Assembly: GCA_965214935.1 (NCBI GenBank)
Contig: CBDCCS010000021.1
Coordinates: forward strand, 192,001-256,000
Reading direction: 5' to 3'
From: Candidatus Velthaea sp.
GTDB taxonomy: Bacteria; Vulcanimicrobiota; Vulcanimicrobiia; Vulcanimicrobiales; Vulcanimicrobiaceae
DNA length: 64,000 bases
A model generated the notes under the pieces. The model made no database searches and was not told where the DNA came from. It was given only the letters and a program-made list of their open reading frames with translations. The position numbers and the translations under genes were made by a program. Of the stretch, positions 1-11,910 are shown piece after piece (within the stretch, counting starts at the first letter, position 1; each line of letters begins with the position of its first letter).

Positions 1-1474
<1,474 letters not shown>

Positions 1475-1508
1475 GAATTGTTCCTCCAACTATGTGTTTA
1501 TACAGATC

Positions 1509-1535
1509 TTGGCACTTCCGGCACACGAGTGCCAG
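1509..1535. promoter_or_regulatory. CIRCE element 1 (HrcA operator)
   Basis: TTGGCACTT-N9-GAGTGCCAG versus consensus TTAGCACTC-N9-GAGTGCTAA, upstream of groES. Confidence 0.9.
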
Positions 1536-1543
1536 CGCATGCT

Positions 1544-1572
1544 AGATTAGCAGACTCCACACATGAGTGCAA
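1544..1572 (-). promoter_or_regulatory. sigma70-type promoter of groESL
   Basis: Minus strand TTGCAC-17 nt-TAATCT. Confidence 0.7.
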
Positions 1573-1573
1573 G
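1547..1573. promoter_or_regulatory. CIRCE element 2 (HrcA operator)
   Basis: TTAGCAGAC-N9-GAGTGCAAG; overlaps the predicted groES promoter. Confidence 0.85.
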
Positions 1574-1679
1574 TGGGCCGCAACGCCTTTCGTGACATTT
1601 CACATCGCCGCGTGCCAACAAGTGAAATGCAGCCCGCCGATCGGCTCGCTGACCTTGTAGAGGCACGCAAACACGGCGC

Positions 1680-3629
1680 TTAATGCGAGATGCGAACGTC
1701 CGAATGCCGGCCCAATCGAGCCGGAACCAGCGAATTGTTTACGGCTGCGTCGATTCGAAAGTGACCGACGATTCCGCCGATTGCCTGCACTTGATTTTGC
1801 AGCGCATCGGCAGCTTTGAGAACTTCGCCGATCTGGGTTCCCAGTCCGACGAGCGATGCGGACACGTCGCCCGCGGCCCGTGACTGCACGTCGGATGTCG
1901 CTTGAACCGCACCGAGCGAGTCACCGACATGAGCGGTCGTCGAACCGACGTTTTCGGCGGCTGCAGCATTCTGTTCGATGATCAGCGAGACGCCTTCGAT
2001 GCTTGCCGTGGCGCGCGTGCTCGCCGCCTCCATCGTTTGCGAGCCGTTGAGCAATGCGGTAGCGATCCTTGATGTATCTTCAATTTTCGACCCGAGCGTT
2101 TCGAGCGCTCCGCGAGCGCGCGACGCCAGCGCCAAACCGCGATCCATGAAGGAACTCGATGCACGCATCGACGTTGCCGCCTCGATCGTTTCGCGCCGGA
2201 TGGTCTCGAGAATTTGACCGATCTCGCGCGTCGACGTCGCCGAGCGTTCGGCCAACTTCCGTACTTCATCGGCGACGACGGCGAAGCCGCGGCCTTGATC
2301 GCCGGCCCGCGCCGCCTCGATTGCTGCATTGAGGGCCAGCAGGTTCGTCTGCTCTGCGATGCCGTCGATGACGGCAACGATTTCGCGCACCGCGTCCGAA
2401 CGTCGTTCGAGCGAACTCATCAACGTTTCGTTCGTCGCTAGCTGTTCGCGCAGGAGGATCACGGCGTTTTCCGTTTCGACGACCGCTTCGATACCGGTGC
2501 TCGCCTCGGTGGTCGCAAGCTGCACGAACGCGCTGACCTTGCGGCCGCGGTCGCCGACGGCGGCGATACCGGTGTTGAGAGCCTGCACTTCGGCGACGAC
2601 CGCCTGGACTGCGGCTTTTTGCTCCGCTGCGCCGCTGGCAATCTTCACTGCCGATTGACCCAATTCATGAATTGCCGCAGCGGCATTGAGCATCTGGCCG
2701 GCTTGTTCGACCGACCCGCTTGCAACGCTTCCGGAGGCCACCGAGATCGTCTCGACGGCTAGGCTCGCCGCGTTCATCGCCGCCGAGCAAGCGCTGCTCG
2801 TCAATGACAGTTCTCCGGCGGACGCGATGAGCGCGCCGACCATGTCGCATAAGTTTTCGCGCGTACGTTCGAACGCCGCAACGCTTGCGACGACCTCCGC
2901 CTGCATTCGATTGAAACTCGTCGCGACTGCGCCGATTTCGTCGGCCGGATCGATGGCGAGCGGGCGAAATTCCAGCTGTGCCGTGCAAGTAAGATCGCCG
3001 CCGGCGAGCGCATCGATCGCAGCGCGAAATCGCGGCAATTGCCGGCCGGCGATGTCGGCACCGGCTGCAGCGATGGCCGCCGTGCCGACCCGGATGCGCT
3101 GAGCGACGAAAATCGCCACCGCCGCTTCGACCGCCACGGCGATCGTATGCGCCAGAACCATCAGCCACGAATTGCCCATCACGGTCATATCACCGAACAC
3201 GAGCTGCGGAAAGAACACGTTGCCCAGCGCGTGGTGCGCGGCGATCGCCACGCTGCCGGCGACGATCGGCAGCCAATCGAAATACATCGTGAGGAACGTC
3301 AAAACGATGAAGACGTGAAAATGCATGACGCTTTGGCCGCCGCTCGCAGCGATCAACGCAGCCGAGTCGGCCATTAAGAGCATTGCTCCGTAGACGCGAA
3401 ATGCCCGCGTTCCGCTCGATCCGGCGAACGCGATGATGCAGCACAGTGCGGCGGCGGCGGCAATCGATATGCCGGCGAGCAAGTGACCGAACATCGCACC
3501 GGCGGCGGCCGCCGCCGGAACGTGCGCCAAGACGGTGTAAAGCACGAAGCGATCGCGTTTGCAATAATCCGTTTTCGGCTCGTGCATCTGCGCCTTTCCC
3601 GATGCTCCGTTCGCGACGGAGATTCTCAC
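1680..3629 (-). CDS. methyl-accepting chemotaxis protein with multi-TM His-containing sensor region
   Basis: Signalling motif [44 protein letters not shown]-like [13 protein letters not shown]; hydrophobic N-terminus. Start uncertain. Confidence 0.93.
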   Translation of the reverse strand: MRISVANGASGKAQMHEPKTDYCKRDRFVLYTVLAHVPAAAAAGAMFGHLLAGISIAAAAALCCIIAFAGSSGTRAFRVYGAMLLMADSAALIAASGGQSVMHFHVFIVLTFLTMYFDWLPIVAGSVAIAAHHALGNVFFPQLVFGDMTVMGNSWLMVLAHTIAVAVEAAVAIFVAQRIRVGTAAIAAAGADIAGRQLPRFRAAIDALAGGDLTCTAQLEFRPLAIDPADEIGAVATSFNRMQAEVVASVAAFERTRENLCDMVGALIASAGELSLTSSACSAAMNAASLAVETISVASGSVASGSVEQAGQMLNAAAAIHELGQSAVKIASGAAEQKAAVQAVVAEVQALNTGIAAVGDRGRKVSAFVQLATTEASTGIEAVVETENAVILLREQLATNETLMSSLERRSDAVREIVAVIDGIAEQTNLLALNAAIEAARAGDQGRGFAVVADEVRKLAERSATSTREIGQILETIRRETIEAATSMRASSSFMDRGLALASRARGALETLGSKIEDTSRIATALLNGSQTMEAASTRATASIEGVSLIIEQNAAAAENVGSTTAHVGDSLGAVQATSDVQSRAAGDVSASLVGLGTQIGEVLKAADALQNQVQAIGGIVGHFRIDAAVNNSLVPARLGRHSDVRISH

Positions 3630-3733
3630 TCGTTATCGGCAGCCCGGCCGCAAAGACGCGCATCGGCGCCGCAACGGCCGGCGTGGCTGGAACGGCGGTG
3701 CCGTCGCCGAACGTTCGGCGGATGACACGGGCG

Positions 3734-4198
3734 ATGCCACAACCGCGCAAATTCGTACCAGCAGTCGTCGCCGGAGCGTTCGCGGGCTGCACGATTCTGC
3801 TGTGCATCGCGGTTCTGAACGTTGCGGTCTTGCACACGCCGCGCTTTACGCTGAGCGGGCTTTTCGCGTTCGACGCGTCGGCACTCGTCGGTAGCGTTGC
3901 CTACAGCGGCCCGGGCTATATCGTGCTGGGCGTCGTGTTGCACTTCGCCGTCGCAATCGGATGGGCGGCCGGATACTTAATGTTGAGCGAGCGCCAGCCG
4001 CAATTAGTTCAGCGCCCGTATATCTCGGGGGCAGCGTTCGGTGTGCTGGTTTATTTTGCAATGCAACTCGTGCTCGTTGCCGCGAATCTTTATCGGACGC
4101 CGCATACGGCGGACTTAGGCATAGCGCTGCTCGCGCATACCGTATTTTACGGCGTTCCCGTCGCCGTTATCATCCGGCGTGCACGGCGCACGGCATAG
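3734..4198 (+). CDS. hypothetical 4-TM membrane protein
   Basis: Hydrophobic helices with His motifs (LHFAVAIGW, AHTVFYG); ends 2 nt before alr. Start 3722 or 3734. Confidence 0.7.
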   Translation: MPQPRKFVPAVVAGAFAGCTILLCIAVLNVAVLHTPRFTLSGLFAFDASALVGSVAYSGPGYIVLGVVLHFAVAIGWAAGYLMLSERQPQLVQRPYISGAAFGVLVYFAMQLVLVAANLYRTPHTADLGIALLAHTVFYGVPVAVIIRRARRTA

Positions 4199-4200
4199 GC

Positions 4201-5388
4201 GTGCTTGCCGAGCTCGAAGTCGATCTTCATGCCGTGCGCGCTAACATTGCCGCGCTCCGCTCGCTGGTCCATCCGGCGCAACTCGCCGGCGTTATCAAAG
4301 CCAATGCGTACGGACACGGCCTCCGCGAAGTCGGTGCGGCAATTGCCGGCGACGTTGGGCGTCTTTGCGTGTACGAACTGGCCGAAGCGCTCGCGCTGCG
4401 CGAAGCCGGGAATGCCGCACGAATCCATGTGTTGGGACCGGTTGCAGCAGCGGATCTCGATCGGGCGCATGCAGCCGGTGTCGAGCTTACGCTGTGGGAT
4501 CGCGGCAGCTACGCAGCGGACGTCGCGCGCGTCGCTCGGCGCCGGCAAGCACCGTTTCGCATTCAAGCCAAAGTCGATACGGGCGTTACCCGCTTGGGCT
4601 TTTCGGTCGAAGATGCGCCCGCAATCCTTGCCTGGTACGGCACGCAACATGATTTTCAACTCAGCGGCGTGTTTTCGCATCTCGCTGCGGCCGAAGAACT
4701 CGACTCGACGTTCACGCGCGATCAACTTACGGCGTTCGCCCGCGCGACGGCCGGAGTCGACGCAGCGGTCGAGCGGCATATTGCGGCCTCAGCCGCCGCG
4801 ATGCTTTGGCCGCAGACGCGTCTAGACGCCGTGCGCGCCGGCATCGCCATGTACGGCATCTGGCCGTCGCGTCAGACGCAAGCTATCATGCAGGAACGCG
4901 GTCTGCGCCTCGTTCCGGCGCTGGAGTGGACGACGCAGGTCGTACTCATTCATGCGGTACCGGCCGAAACATCGGTCGGCTACGGCTGCACCTACCGCAC
5001 GACACGCGAATCGCGTATCGGCGTCTTGCCGATCGGTTTCGCCGAAGGATTGCCGCGCAGCACTTCGAGCCACGGCTTCGTTCTGGTTGCCGGGCGACGC
5101 GCACCGATCGTCGGGCGCGTCTGCATGAACATGACCTTCGTCGATCTTACCGATGTTGCACCGGCACGCGCCGGCGCGCGCGTTACGCTCATCGGAACCG
5201 ACGGCGCGGAGCGAATCAGCGCTGAAGATGCGGCGGAGTGGGCCGGAACGATCGCTTACGAACTCGTTGCGCGTCTACCGGCTCACGTACCGCGCCGCTT
5301 CGTGCAATGCAGCACGCGTGCGCCGCTTCGTGAAGCCGCCGCCGAACCGCGGCGAACGCAATCGACCATCGTTCGTGCGTCGTTTTGA
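4201..5388 (+). CDS. alr: alanine racemase
   Basis: PLP motif VIKANAYGHG, KVDTGVTRLG, VFSHLA, SVGYG (catalytic Tyr), GRVCMN; GTG start 4201. Confidence 0.93.
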   Translation: MLAELEVDLHAVRANIAALRSLVHPAQLAGVIKANAYGHGLREVGAAIAGDVGRLCVYELAEALALREAGNAARIHVLGPVAAADLDRAHAAGVELTLWDRGSYAADVARVARRRQAPFRIQAKVDTGVTRLGFSVEDAPAILAWYGTQHDFQLSGVFSHLAAAEELDSTFTRDQLTAFARATAGVDAAVERHIAASAAAMLWPQTRLDAVRAGIAMYGIWPSRQTQAIMQERGLRLVPALEWTTQVVLIHAVPAETSVGYGCTYRTTRESRIGVLPIGFAEGLPRSTSSHGFVLVAGRRAPIVGRVCMNMTFVDLTDVAPARAGARVTLIGTDGAERISAEDAAEWAGTIAYELVARLPAHVPRRFVQCSTRAPLREAAAEPRRTQSTIVRASF

Positions 5389-5459
5389 GTGCCCGGTTGA
5401 ATCTTCCGACTCGATCGACGCGCCATCGCGCCCGTTAGGCCGACGCGTACAGCGTGATG

Positions 5460-5810
5460 TTAATTGTGCCCGGGAAGATGATCGCGACCCGCAATGAACC
5501 AGCTAGCGGCGTCCTCGATCCATAAGCTTGCCCCGTCGTGCGCGAGAATTTTCAGTTCGAGCAGGGTTGTGACGGTCGATTCAACGAGCGCCGCCGGTAC
5601 CTCGAAGATCTGCGCCATGAGCGTCGGCGTGAAACGTCCCGTACGACCGTCCGCACAAATAAAGTCGAAGCATCCCAGCCGGACGGATCGCAACGGTGCG
5701 TACGGGTTATCGAGTTCGAGCGCGAGCCGGAGGATATTGTGCCAGACCCCGACTTGATCGGCGCGCAAGACGTTAACGCGCAGGTCTTGCCGTTCGAATC
5801 GGTCCCTCAC
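5460..5810 (-). CDS. hypothetical protein, possible winged-helix (replisome-organiser N-terminal-like)
   Basis: 116-aa ORF with pattern VWHNILRLA...FTPTLMAQIFEVPAALVESTVTTLLELKILAHDGASLWI. Confidence 0.5.
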   Translation of the reverse strand: MRDRFERQDLRVNVLRADQVGVWHNILRLALELDNPYAPLRSVRLGCFDFICADGRTGRFTPTLMAQIFEVPAALVESTVTTLLELKILAHDGASLWIEDAASWFIAGRDHLPGHN

Positions 5811-5924
5811 TTCAGCAACAACAGCACGACGGCGGGCGCTACAACTCGCCGGCGCTGCCCACCAACGGTGTTCGGGAGCATCTACGGCGCGTCGACGTGT
5901 TCGTGCGCGCGCTGCCGTAACGTG

Positions 5925-7145
5925 CTACCGACCATCGTGCACTGCCGCCGAAAAGTTACCCAGGGCTTCGCCGTTCGGGCGTTCGACTCGCCAATCGACG
6001 ATATCGTCAACGTCGACCGAGACGCGATCCCCAATGCCGACCGTCGCGACGGATGGCCGGCGGCTGGCGACGATTGCCTGCAAGCGCTTACCGCCCCATT
6101 CCTCGACTCGAGACCAGACATATTCCGTGCGCCGGTCGGGCGTGGTAAAGCGCGTCTTCACCAGCACGACATCTTGCGTGAGCGCGCGTCGCGCAAAAGC
6201 CCGTTGCGCTTCGCTTAAACGATTTCGCGCGATGCCGGTGGCCTGCGACAACGCAGTCTGCAGCGCGCTCTCGGGTCGCGAGCCGATTTCGAGTATGCGA
6301 CTTGCCGCTTCGAGCGCCGCACCGTCGTCATCGCTCGAAATCGTCACATCCCAATAAACATCAGCAACGTCGGCGGGCGGCGCAAGGCCGATGCAGACGG
6401 TTGTACCGTCGCGGCCGTCGGGTGCGATCTCGGTTGCATTCGCGCGCGCGGCATGCGAACGGCCGACAGCGAAGGTCGCCGGAAGAGTCCAAGCGCCGGG
6501 CTCCGGCGGGCGTGCGTCCACGACCGCCTGCGCGAGCGCGGCGACCAAGACGCCGTCAACGTCCGCCGGCGGCCAACTGCCGCGAAGTCGCAATTCGAAT
6601 AAGCCGTACTTATTGAGTCCGATCGTCGTCGTCGTCGTCTGCCGGCCGCCGGAATCCACCGACGTGACGATCGCAACGTGGTTCTTGATGGCGCCGAATA
6701 AGAACCCGTCGAGCGGATTTTCTAAGACAGATTGCGGCAGAACGCGAAAGGTGCCGGAGTCGTAAACGATCCCGTCGGCTGCGCCGGCCATCGTCGCAGC
6801 TAACACCAGTAAGCCCCAGGGCGCACACGGATCGAGCGCGCCGGCGGTCTGCGCGCGAATGAGCATACCATGGGTGGCATTGGCGAAACGGTGTGTTTGT
6901 GCAGCCTCGATACCGAGTTCGGCGAGCGCCTGCGCTGGTAGCTGCGCGCGTACTTCGGCTAACGGAACGATGCCCGCGCGCCCATGATTGACGATCCACC
7001 GGCCTAATTGCACGGCCGGCGGCGGTCCCGCCGCAAGCGCTTCCAACACGCGGTCCAGAATCGACCGGGGCGCTTCGCCGAGCCGGCGATCGCCGGCGAC
7101 AAAAAGTGCGTACGCGAAGTTTGGTGGAATCGTCCAGGTCGCCAT
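5925..7145 (-). CDS. DUF2314 (YegJ-like) C-terminal domain protein
   Basis: C-terminal VKTRF...TEYVWSRV...IGDRVSVDVDDIVDW pattern. Confidence 0.65.
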   Translation of the reverse strand: MATWTIPPNFAYALFVAGDRRLGEAPRSILDRVLEALAAGPPPAVQLGRWIVNHGRAGIVPLAEVRAQLPAQALAELGIEAAQTHRFANATHGMLIRAQTAGALDPCAPWGLLVLAATMAGAADGIVYDSGTFRVLPQSVLENPLDGFLFGAIKNHVAIVTSVDSGGRQTTTTTIGLNKYGLFELRLRGSWPPADVDGVLVAALAQAVVDARPPEPGAWTLPATFAVGRSHAARANATEIAPDGRDGTTVCIGLAPPADVADVYWDVTISSDDDGAALEAASRILEIGSRPESALQTALSQATGIARNRLSEAQRAFARRALTQDVVLVKTRFTTPDRRTEYVWSRVEEWGGKRLQAIVASRRPSVATVGIGDRVSVDVDDIVDWRVERPNGEALGNFSAAVHDGR

Positions 7146-7307
7146 GTCGCAGCCCCACCGCTAGACGCAGGTTTGATGGGCCACTCGTTGCGTTCGCCGC
7201 GCGCGGTTCCTGGGCGGCGACATTCATCTACGGCGCTCCGGCATCTGTTTTCACCGCTTCTTCACCGCTACAGGTCACGTTGAGCCGATTGAAACGTGCA
7301 GATGCTT

Positions 7308-8063
7308 TTAACGATTGGGAGCGCGCAACGCGGCGATTGCCGCCGCCAACGAGATGCTACCGTCGTAGAGTGCGCGGCCGATGATCGCGGCATCGACATT
7401 GGCCGGCGTACCGTCACGCAGCGCCAGCAGGCCGGCCAGGGTTGCGGCACCGCCGCTGGCCGTAATGCGGGCGCGCGTCAACGCGGCAACATGCGCGAGC
7501 GCAGCAATATCGTAACCGGCACCCATACCGTCGCGCGCGATCTCGGTGAACACAATTCGCGCGACGCCCCAGCCGACAACGGTCCGGACGAGGTCGTCAC
7601 GCCGCACCGCTCCGTCGTTTTGCCAGCCGCGCGTCGCAACGCGGTCGCCGCGCGCATCGATTCCCGCGACGATCGCCGGACCGAATTCCGTCACGATCGC
7701 GCGCGCGATAGCCGGTGCTTCGACAAGTACCGTGCCGATGACCACCGCCTGCGCCCCGGCATCGAATCGCATTCGAACGTCCGCGAGCGTCCGAATGCCT
7801 CCGCCGGTTTGCACCGGTACGTCGACGGCGGCGCAAATCGCTCGCAGCGCAGCATGATTTTCACCGGTTCCGAAGGCGCCGTCGAGATCCACGACATGCA
7901 CCTGCCCGGCGCCGGCCGCCACGAACGTTCGGGCTCGCGCAACGGGATCGTCATCATACCGCGTTTCACGCGCCGGATCGCCACGCTCTAAGCGAACGCA
8001 ACGGCCGGCGCGCAAATCGATCGCGGGATAGACGGCAATAAAGCGATCGCTCACATATTGCAA
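7308..8063 (-). CDS. hisA: ProFAR isomerase HisA
   Basis: YPAIDLRAGRCVRL, HVVDLDGA, QTGGGIR, TEIARDG, TASGG; downstream of hisH. Confidence 0.95.
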   Translation of the reverse strand: MQYVSDRFIAVYPAIDLRAGRCVRLERGDPARETRYDDDPVARARTFVAAGAGQVHVVDLDGAFGTGENHAALRAICAAVDVPVQTGGGIRTLADVRMRFDAGAQAVVIGTVLVEAPAIARAIVTEFGPAIVAGIDARGDRVATRGWQNDGAVRRDDLVRTVVGWGVARIVFTEIARDGMGAGYDIAALAHVAALTRARITASGGAATLAGLLALRDGTPANVDAAIIGRALYDGSISLAAAIAALRAPNR

Positions 8064-8071
8064 CGTCGTCT

Positions 8072-8683
8072 TTAGGCGGCGATGCGTAAGAAGTTATCGA
8101 GTAAAATACCGCCGGTGCGGGCGCTTTTTTCGGGGTGGAACTGCGTTGCCATCAAATTGTTGCGCGCGACGACGGCGGCAAAACGTTCGCCGTATTCGGC
8201 ACTGGCCAGCACGTCGGTACTGTCGGTGACCCGAAACGAATGCAAGAAGTACGCAAATTCGCCGCCGTGCAGACCGGCGATAAACGGATGCGCGCGTTCG
8301 ATCGATAGATCGTTCCAGCCCATATGCGGAACGCGCGGAGCGCGTACGAATCGTCGCACGGTTCCGGGCAGGAGCCCGAGCCCGGCATGACCGCCATACT
8401 CATCGCTCGATGCAAATAGCGCTTGCATGCCCACGCAAATTCCCAAGAACGGCTTACCGCTTTGCACGACGTTTCGAATCGCCCGGTCGAGGCCGCGCGC
8501 GCGCAGCGCATCCATCGTTGCCCCAAACGCGCCATCACCCGGTAGGATCGCCGCGCTCGCCGATTCTACGCGTTGCGGATCATCGCTCAAGGCGAACGGA
8601 ACCGCACGGCGTTCGAGCGCCGACACGAGCGATCCGATATTTCCGCCGCCGTAATCGATCACGACCAAGCGCTCAGATTGCAT
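8072..8683 (-). CDS. hisH: imidazole glycerol phosphate synthase glutaminase subunit
   Basis: IDYGGGNIGS, LGICVGMQ, PHMGWN, QFHPEKS. Confidence 0.96.
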   Translation of the reverse strand: MQSERLVVIDYGGGNIGSLVSALERRAVPFALSDDPQRVESASAAILPGDGAFGATMDALRARGLDRAIRNVVQSGKPFLGICVGMQALFASSDEYGGHAGLGLLPGTVRRFVRAPRVPHMGWNDLSIERAHPFIAGLHGGEFAYFLHSFRVTDSTDVLASAEYGERFAAVVARNNLMATQFHPEKSARTGGILLDNFLRIAA

Positions 8684-8748
8684 GTCCGGTCATTCGCGGA
8701 CGCAGCACGTTGCGCATGCGTGGTCGCGCGCAGCGTCCGTCTCGGCCG

Positions 8749-9300
8749 TTAAGAGATCGCGCCCGAAGCAAGCACATCACGACTGATGCGATTGAAGAGT
8801 TGTAGCTGTTTTCCGTTTAGTAGGACGCGTCGCGTTTCGTTATAACCGCATTTATGTGCGACTCGTATCGATGCCCGATTCGCCGGATCGATGATGCAGA
8901 CCGTCTCGTTCCAAGCACGGCGATCGCTCCAAGCGACGATTGCACGGACCGCTTCGGTGGCGAACCCGCGGCCTTGCATTCCGGCGGACAGCGCCCAACC
9001 GGCCTCCGGAATGCCGTCGAGCGGCGGATCGAGGTCGCGCTTGAAGTCGGCGAAGCCGGCTTCGCCGACGAACGCCTGCGTTGCGGACTCCTCGATCACC
9101 CAATAGCCGAAGCCGAGTAAGGCCCAATGCCCCGCGTAATTGAGCAGACGCAGCCACGAATGTTGTGGCGAGGACGGCTTCGCGCTAAGATAGCGCGCGA
9201 CGTTCACGTCCGCCCACATGGCCGAACTTGCGCCGTAGTCGCCGACGCGATGGCCGCGCAACGTCAGACGTGCGGTTTGGATAACCGGTGGTTGATTCAA
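8749..9300 (-). CDS. GNAT N-acetyltransferase, RimJ/RimL type
   Basis: IQTARLTLR, QGRGFATEA, NRASIRVAHKCGY. Confidence 0.9.
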   Translation of the reverse strand: MNQPPVIQTARLTLRGHRVGDYGASSAMWADVNVARYLSAKPSSPQHSWLRLLNYAGHWALLGFGYWVIEESATQAFVGEAGFADFKRDLDPPLDGIPEAGWALSAGMQGRGFATEAVRAIVAWSDRRAWNETVCIIDPANRASIRVAHKCGYNETRRVLLNGKQLQLFNRISRDVLASGAIS

Positions 9301-9454
9301 CAGCGTCTCGTCATTGTCGTTTCACGCGGACCGCAACAGTCTTGCTCGGCCTCAGCGGCGTGCATCCGGCAGCGTTATGCGGGTATGGAAAGCCGGATAC
9401 TGCCGGCGGCAGCGCCGGCGCGATCGGCCCGTACCGCCCGTCTAAAGGAAACAC

Positions 9455-10600
9455 ATGGCTCGGCTCGTCGTCGTCATTACCGCTCTCTTCCTGACATTTA
9501 TCGGACCGGTCGCCGCCCTCTCGGCGAAGGGCGCGCCGCCCACCGTGCCCGACGGCTTTACGCTCGAAACAATCGCCCATGTGAACGGCGCGCGCGAACT
9601 CGCGGTGGCGGGTAACGGCGATCTCTTTGTCGGGACGAACGGCAACGCGGTGCACGTCGTTCCGAACGCACAAGGCGTGCCGGGCCCGGCGCGCGTCTTT
9701 ACGCAGGTCGACGACCGGCCCGTCGCGGGCGTCACGATTCACGGCGATACGATGTACCTGGGGGCTCAATTCGGCGTGTACGCCTTGCCGTACCGCGCCG
9801 GCGATGAAAGCCCACGCTCGGCGCCGCGTAAGATCGCGACCTTACGGCCGAGCGGTGTTTCGCGCGACCACGTAACGGCGACCGTTGCCGTCTCGGGTGA
9901 AACCCTCTACGCCAGCGTCGGATCATCGTGCAACAACTGCCAGCCGGACCTCGATGCAACGCGAGCGACCATTCAAGCGATGCATCTCGATGGAACGCAG
10001 ATGGCAGCGAAGGCCGAACACATTCGTAATGCGATCGCTTTGACGGTCGATCCGCAAACCGGCGCGCTTTGGACCGGCGTTGCCGGCCAAGATGAGCTCG
10101 AGCACGGTCACCCGTACGAGATCGTCGATGATGTCAGCGCCCATACCGGTCGGGTCGATTACGGCTGGCCGAATTGTGTCGAAGACCGGAAGCCCGCCGA
10201 CGGAAGTCATGACTGCTCGAAGGTCGCCGTGCCGCGCATTGCGTTGCCTGCCTATGAAACGCCGGTCGGCATGACGTTTTATCCGTCCGGGACCGGCGGC
10301 CGCTATGATTTCGGTCCGCACTATCAGGGCGGCGTGTTCGTTGCCTTGCACGGCTCGTGGCATTCGCCGCCGGTTCCGCCGCGCGTCGTCTTCATTCCGA
10401 TGCACGGCGATGAACCGGCAACACCGGTTGACTGGTCGGATCCGACCAAGCAGTGGCATGAGTTTGTCGGCGGATATCAAGCGCCGGACGGCACTCGCGT
10501 CGGACGTCCGACCGGCGTTGCCGTCGGAACCGACGGCAGCCTCTTCGTCGCCGACGATGACTCGGGCAACATCTATCGCATCCGGCCGAAACACACGTAG
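9455..10600 (+). CDS. secreted PQQ-dependent sugar/sorbosone dehydrogenase family beta-propeller
   Basis: Signal peptide; SVGSSCN, IRNAI, DYGWP, ALHGSW, GRPTGVAVGTDGSLFVADD; AAGGA SD. Confidence 0.85.
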   Translation: MARLVVVITALFLTFIGPVAALSAKGAPPTVPDGFTLETIAHVNGARELAVAGNGDLFVGTNGNAVHVVPNAQGVPGPARVFTQVDDRPVAGVTIHGDTMYLGAQFGVYALPYRAGDESPRSAPRKIATLRPSGVSRDHVTATVAVSGETLYASVGSSCNNCQPDLDATRATIQAMHLDGTQMAAKAEHIRNAIALTVDPQTGALWTGVAGQDELEHGHPYEIVDDVSAHTGRVDYGWPNCVEDRKPADGSHDCSKVAVPRIALPAYETPVGMTFYPSGTGGRYDFGPHYQGGVFVALHGSWHSPPVPPRVVFIPMHGDEPATPVDWSDPTKQWHEFVGGYQAPDGTRVGRPTGVAVGTDGSLFVADDDSGNIYRIRPKHT

Positions 10601-10622
10601 ACGTCGTAAAACACGGCGTTTT
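10601..10622 (+). terminator. possible weak intrinsic terminator
   Basis: ACGTCGT-AAAAC-ACGGCGT hairpin followed by a short T run directly after the stop. Confidence 0.3.
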
Positions 10623-10648
10623 GCCAACGAAACGCGAAGCTGAGCGCA

Positions 10649-11890
10649 ATGAGCATTGCGTATCAACTTCTTGCGACGCGCGTGCGGCCGCACTTTCCCG
10701 CCCTTGCGCGCACGATCGCGGATTACCCGGTCGCATACTTCGACGGGCCGGGCGGAACGCAGGTGCCGCAATGCGTGGCCGATGCCGTCGCCCATTATTT
10801 AATTCATACGAATGCAAACGACGGCTGGGCGTTTCGCAGTAGCATCGAAACCGATCGCGCGTTGTCGGCGGCACGCGCTTCTGCGGCGGCTTTCGTCAAC
10901 GCCGCCTCGCCGGGTGAAATCTTATTCGGCAACAACATGACGACGCTGACGTTCTTTATCGCCCGTGCAATCGGACGAACGCTCGAGCCCGGCGACGAGA
11001 TTATCGTTACGGATCTCGACCATCATGCGAACATCGATCCGTGGATGGCACTTGCGCGCGATTACGGTGCGGTCATCAAACATGTACCGTTACGCGAAAA
11101 CAGCGCTCAGCTTGATATCGACGCCTACGAGCGGCTCCTCGGCTCGCGCACGCGTCTGGTTGCCGTCGGTCTGTCATCGAATGCCTTCGGCACGATCAAT
11201 CCGGTCGCGGCCATGGCCGCCGCAGCGCATCGTGCGGGCGCGCTCGTGTTCGTCGATGCCGTCCATGCCGCGGCACATGCGTCGATCGACGTCGACGCAC
11301 TCGGTGCGGACATGCTTGCATTTTCGGCCTACAAAGTGTATGGACCGCATGTCGGAATCGCTTTCTGTCGCGATGCCTTGCTCGAACGGCTCGAGTTTCC
11401 GCGCGTCGCCCCGCAATCGCGCAAAGGTTCGCGGCGCGCCGAAAGCGGCACGCTCAATCATGAAGGCATCGTCGGCACCGGAGCAGCGCTGGAGTTTTTA
11501 GCAGATCTGAGCGGCGAAGGCGACGCATCGACGCTCCGCGAGCGCTTGACGCTGACGCAATCGCGGCTCGCGAACGAAGAAGAAGCGCTGTTCGCCACTC
11601 TTGTCGGACGGCTGCGCGCACTGCCGAACGTCACGTTGTACGAGCCGCCTGCCGACGTGCCGCGTCACCCGACCGTCGCTTTTCGCGTGAACGGTTCGCC
11701 GTCCGCTGCCGTCGCGGCGACGTTGAGCGACGACTACGGCATCTTCGTTTCACACGGGAATTTCTACGCAGCGACGGCCGTCGCGCAAATTGCACCGGAT
11801 GCCGATGGCGGATTGCTGCGCGTCGGGATGGGCATCTACTCCAACGCCGATGAAGTAGCACGCCTCATCGACGCATTAGCGACGCTCTAG
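10649..11890 (+). CDS. cysteine desulfurase-like PLP enzyme (class V aminotransferase lacking the catalytic Cys loop)
   Basis: YFDGPGGTQVP, DHHANIDPW, DAVH, FSAYKVYGPH, ESGTLNHE; HGNFYA in place of the Cys loop. Confidence 0.88.
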   Translation: MSIAYQLLATRVRPHFPALARTIADYPVAYFDGPGGTQVPQCVADAVAHYLIHTNANDGWAFRSSIETDRALSAARASAAAFVNAASPGEILFGNNMTTLTFFIARAIGRTLEPGDEIIVTDLDHHANIDPWMALARDYGAVIKHVPLRENSAQLDIDAYERLLGSRTRLVAVGLSSNAFGTINPVAAMAAAAHRAGALVFVDAVHAAAHASIDVDALGADMLAFSAYKVYGPHVGIAFCRDALLERLEFPRVAPQSRKGSRRAESGTLNHEGIVGTGAALEFLADLSGEGDASTLRERLTLTQSRLANEEEALFATLVGRLRALPNVTLYEPPADVPRHPTVAFRVNGSPSAAVAATLSDDYGIFVSHGNFYAATAVAQIAPDADGGLLRVGMGIYSNADEVARLIDALATL

Positions 11891-11910
11891 TTCTTGTGTG
11901 TTTGATGGGC

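Noticed and set aside
1591..1605. Crp/Fnr site GTGA...TCAC upstream of groES
   Set aside because: Spacer is 4 nt rather than 6.
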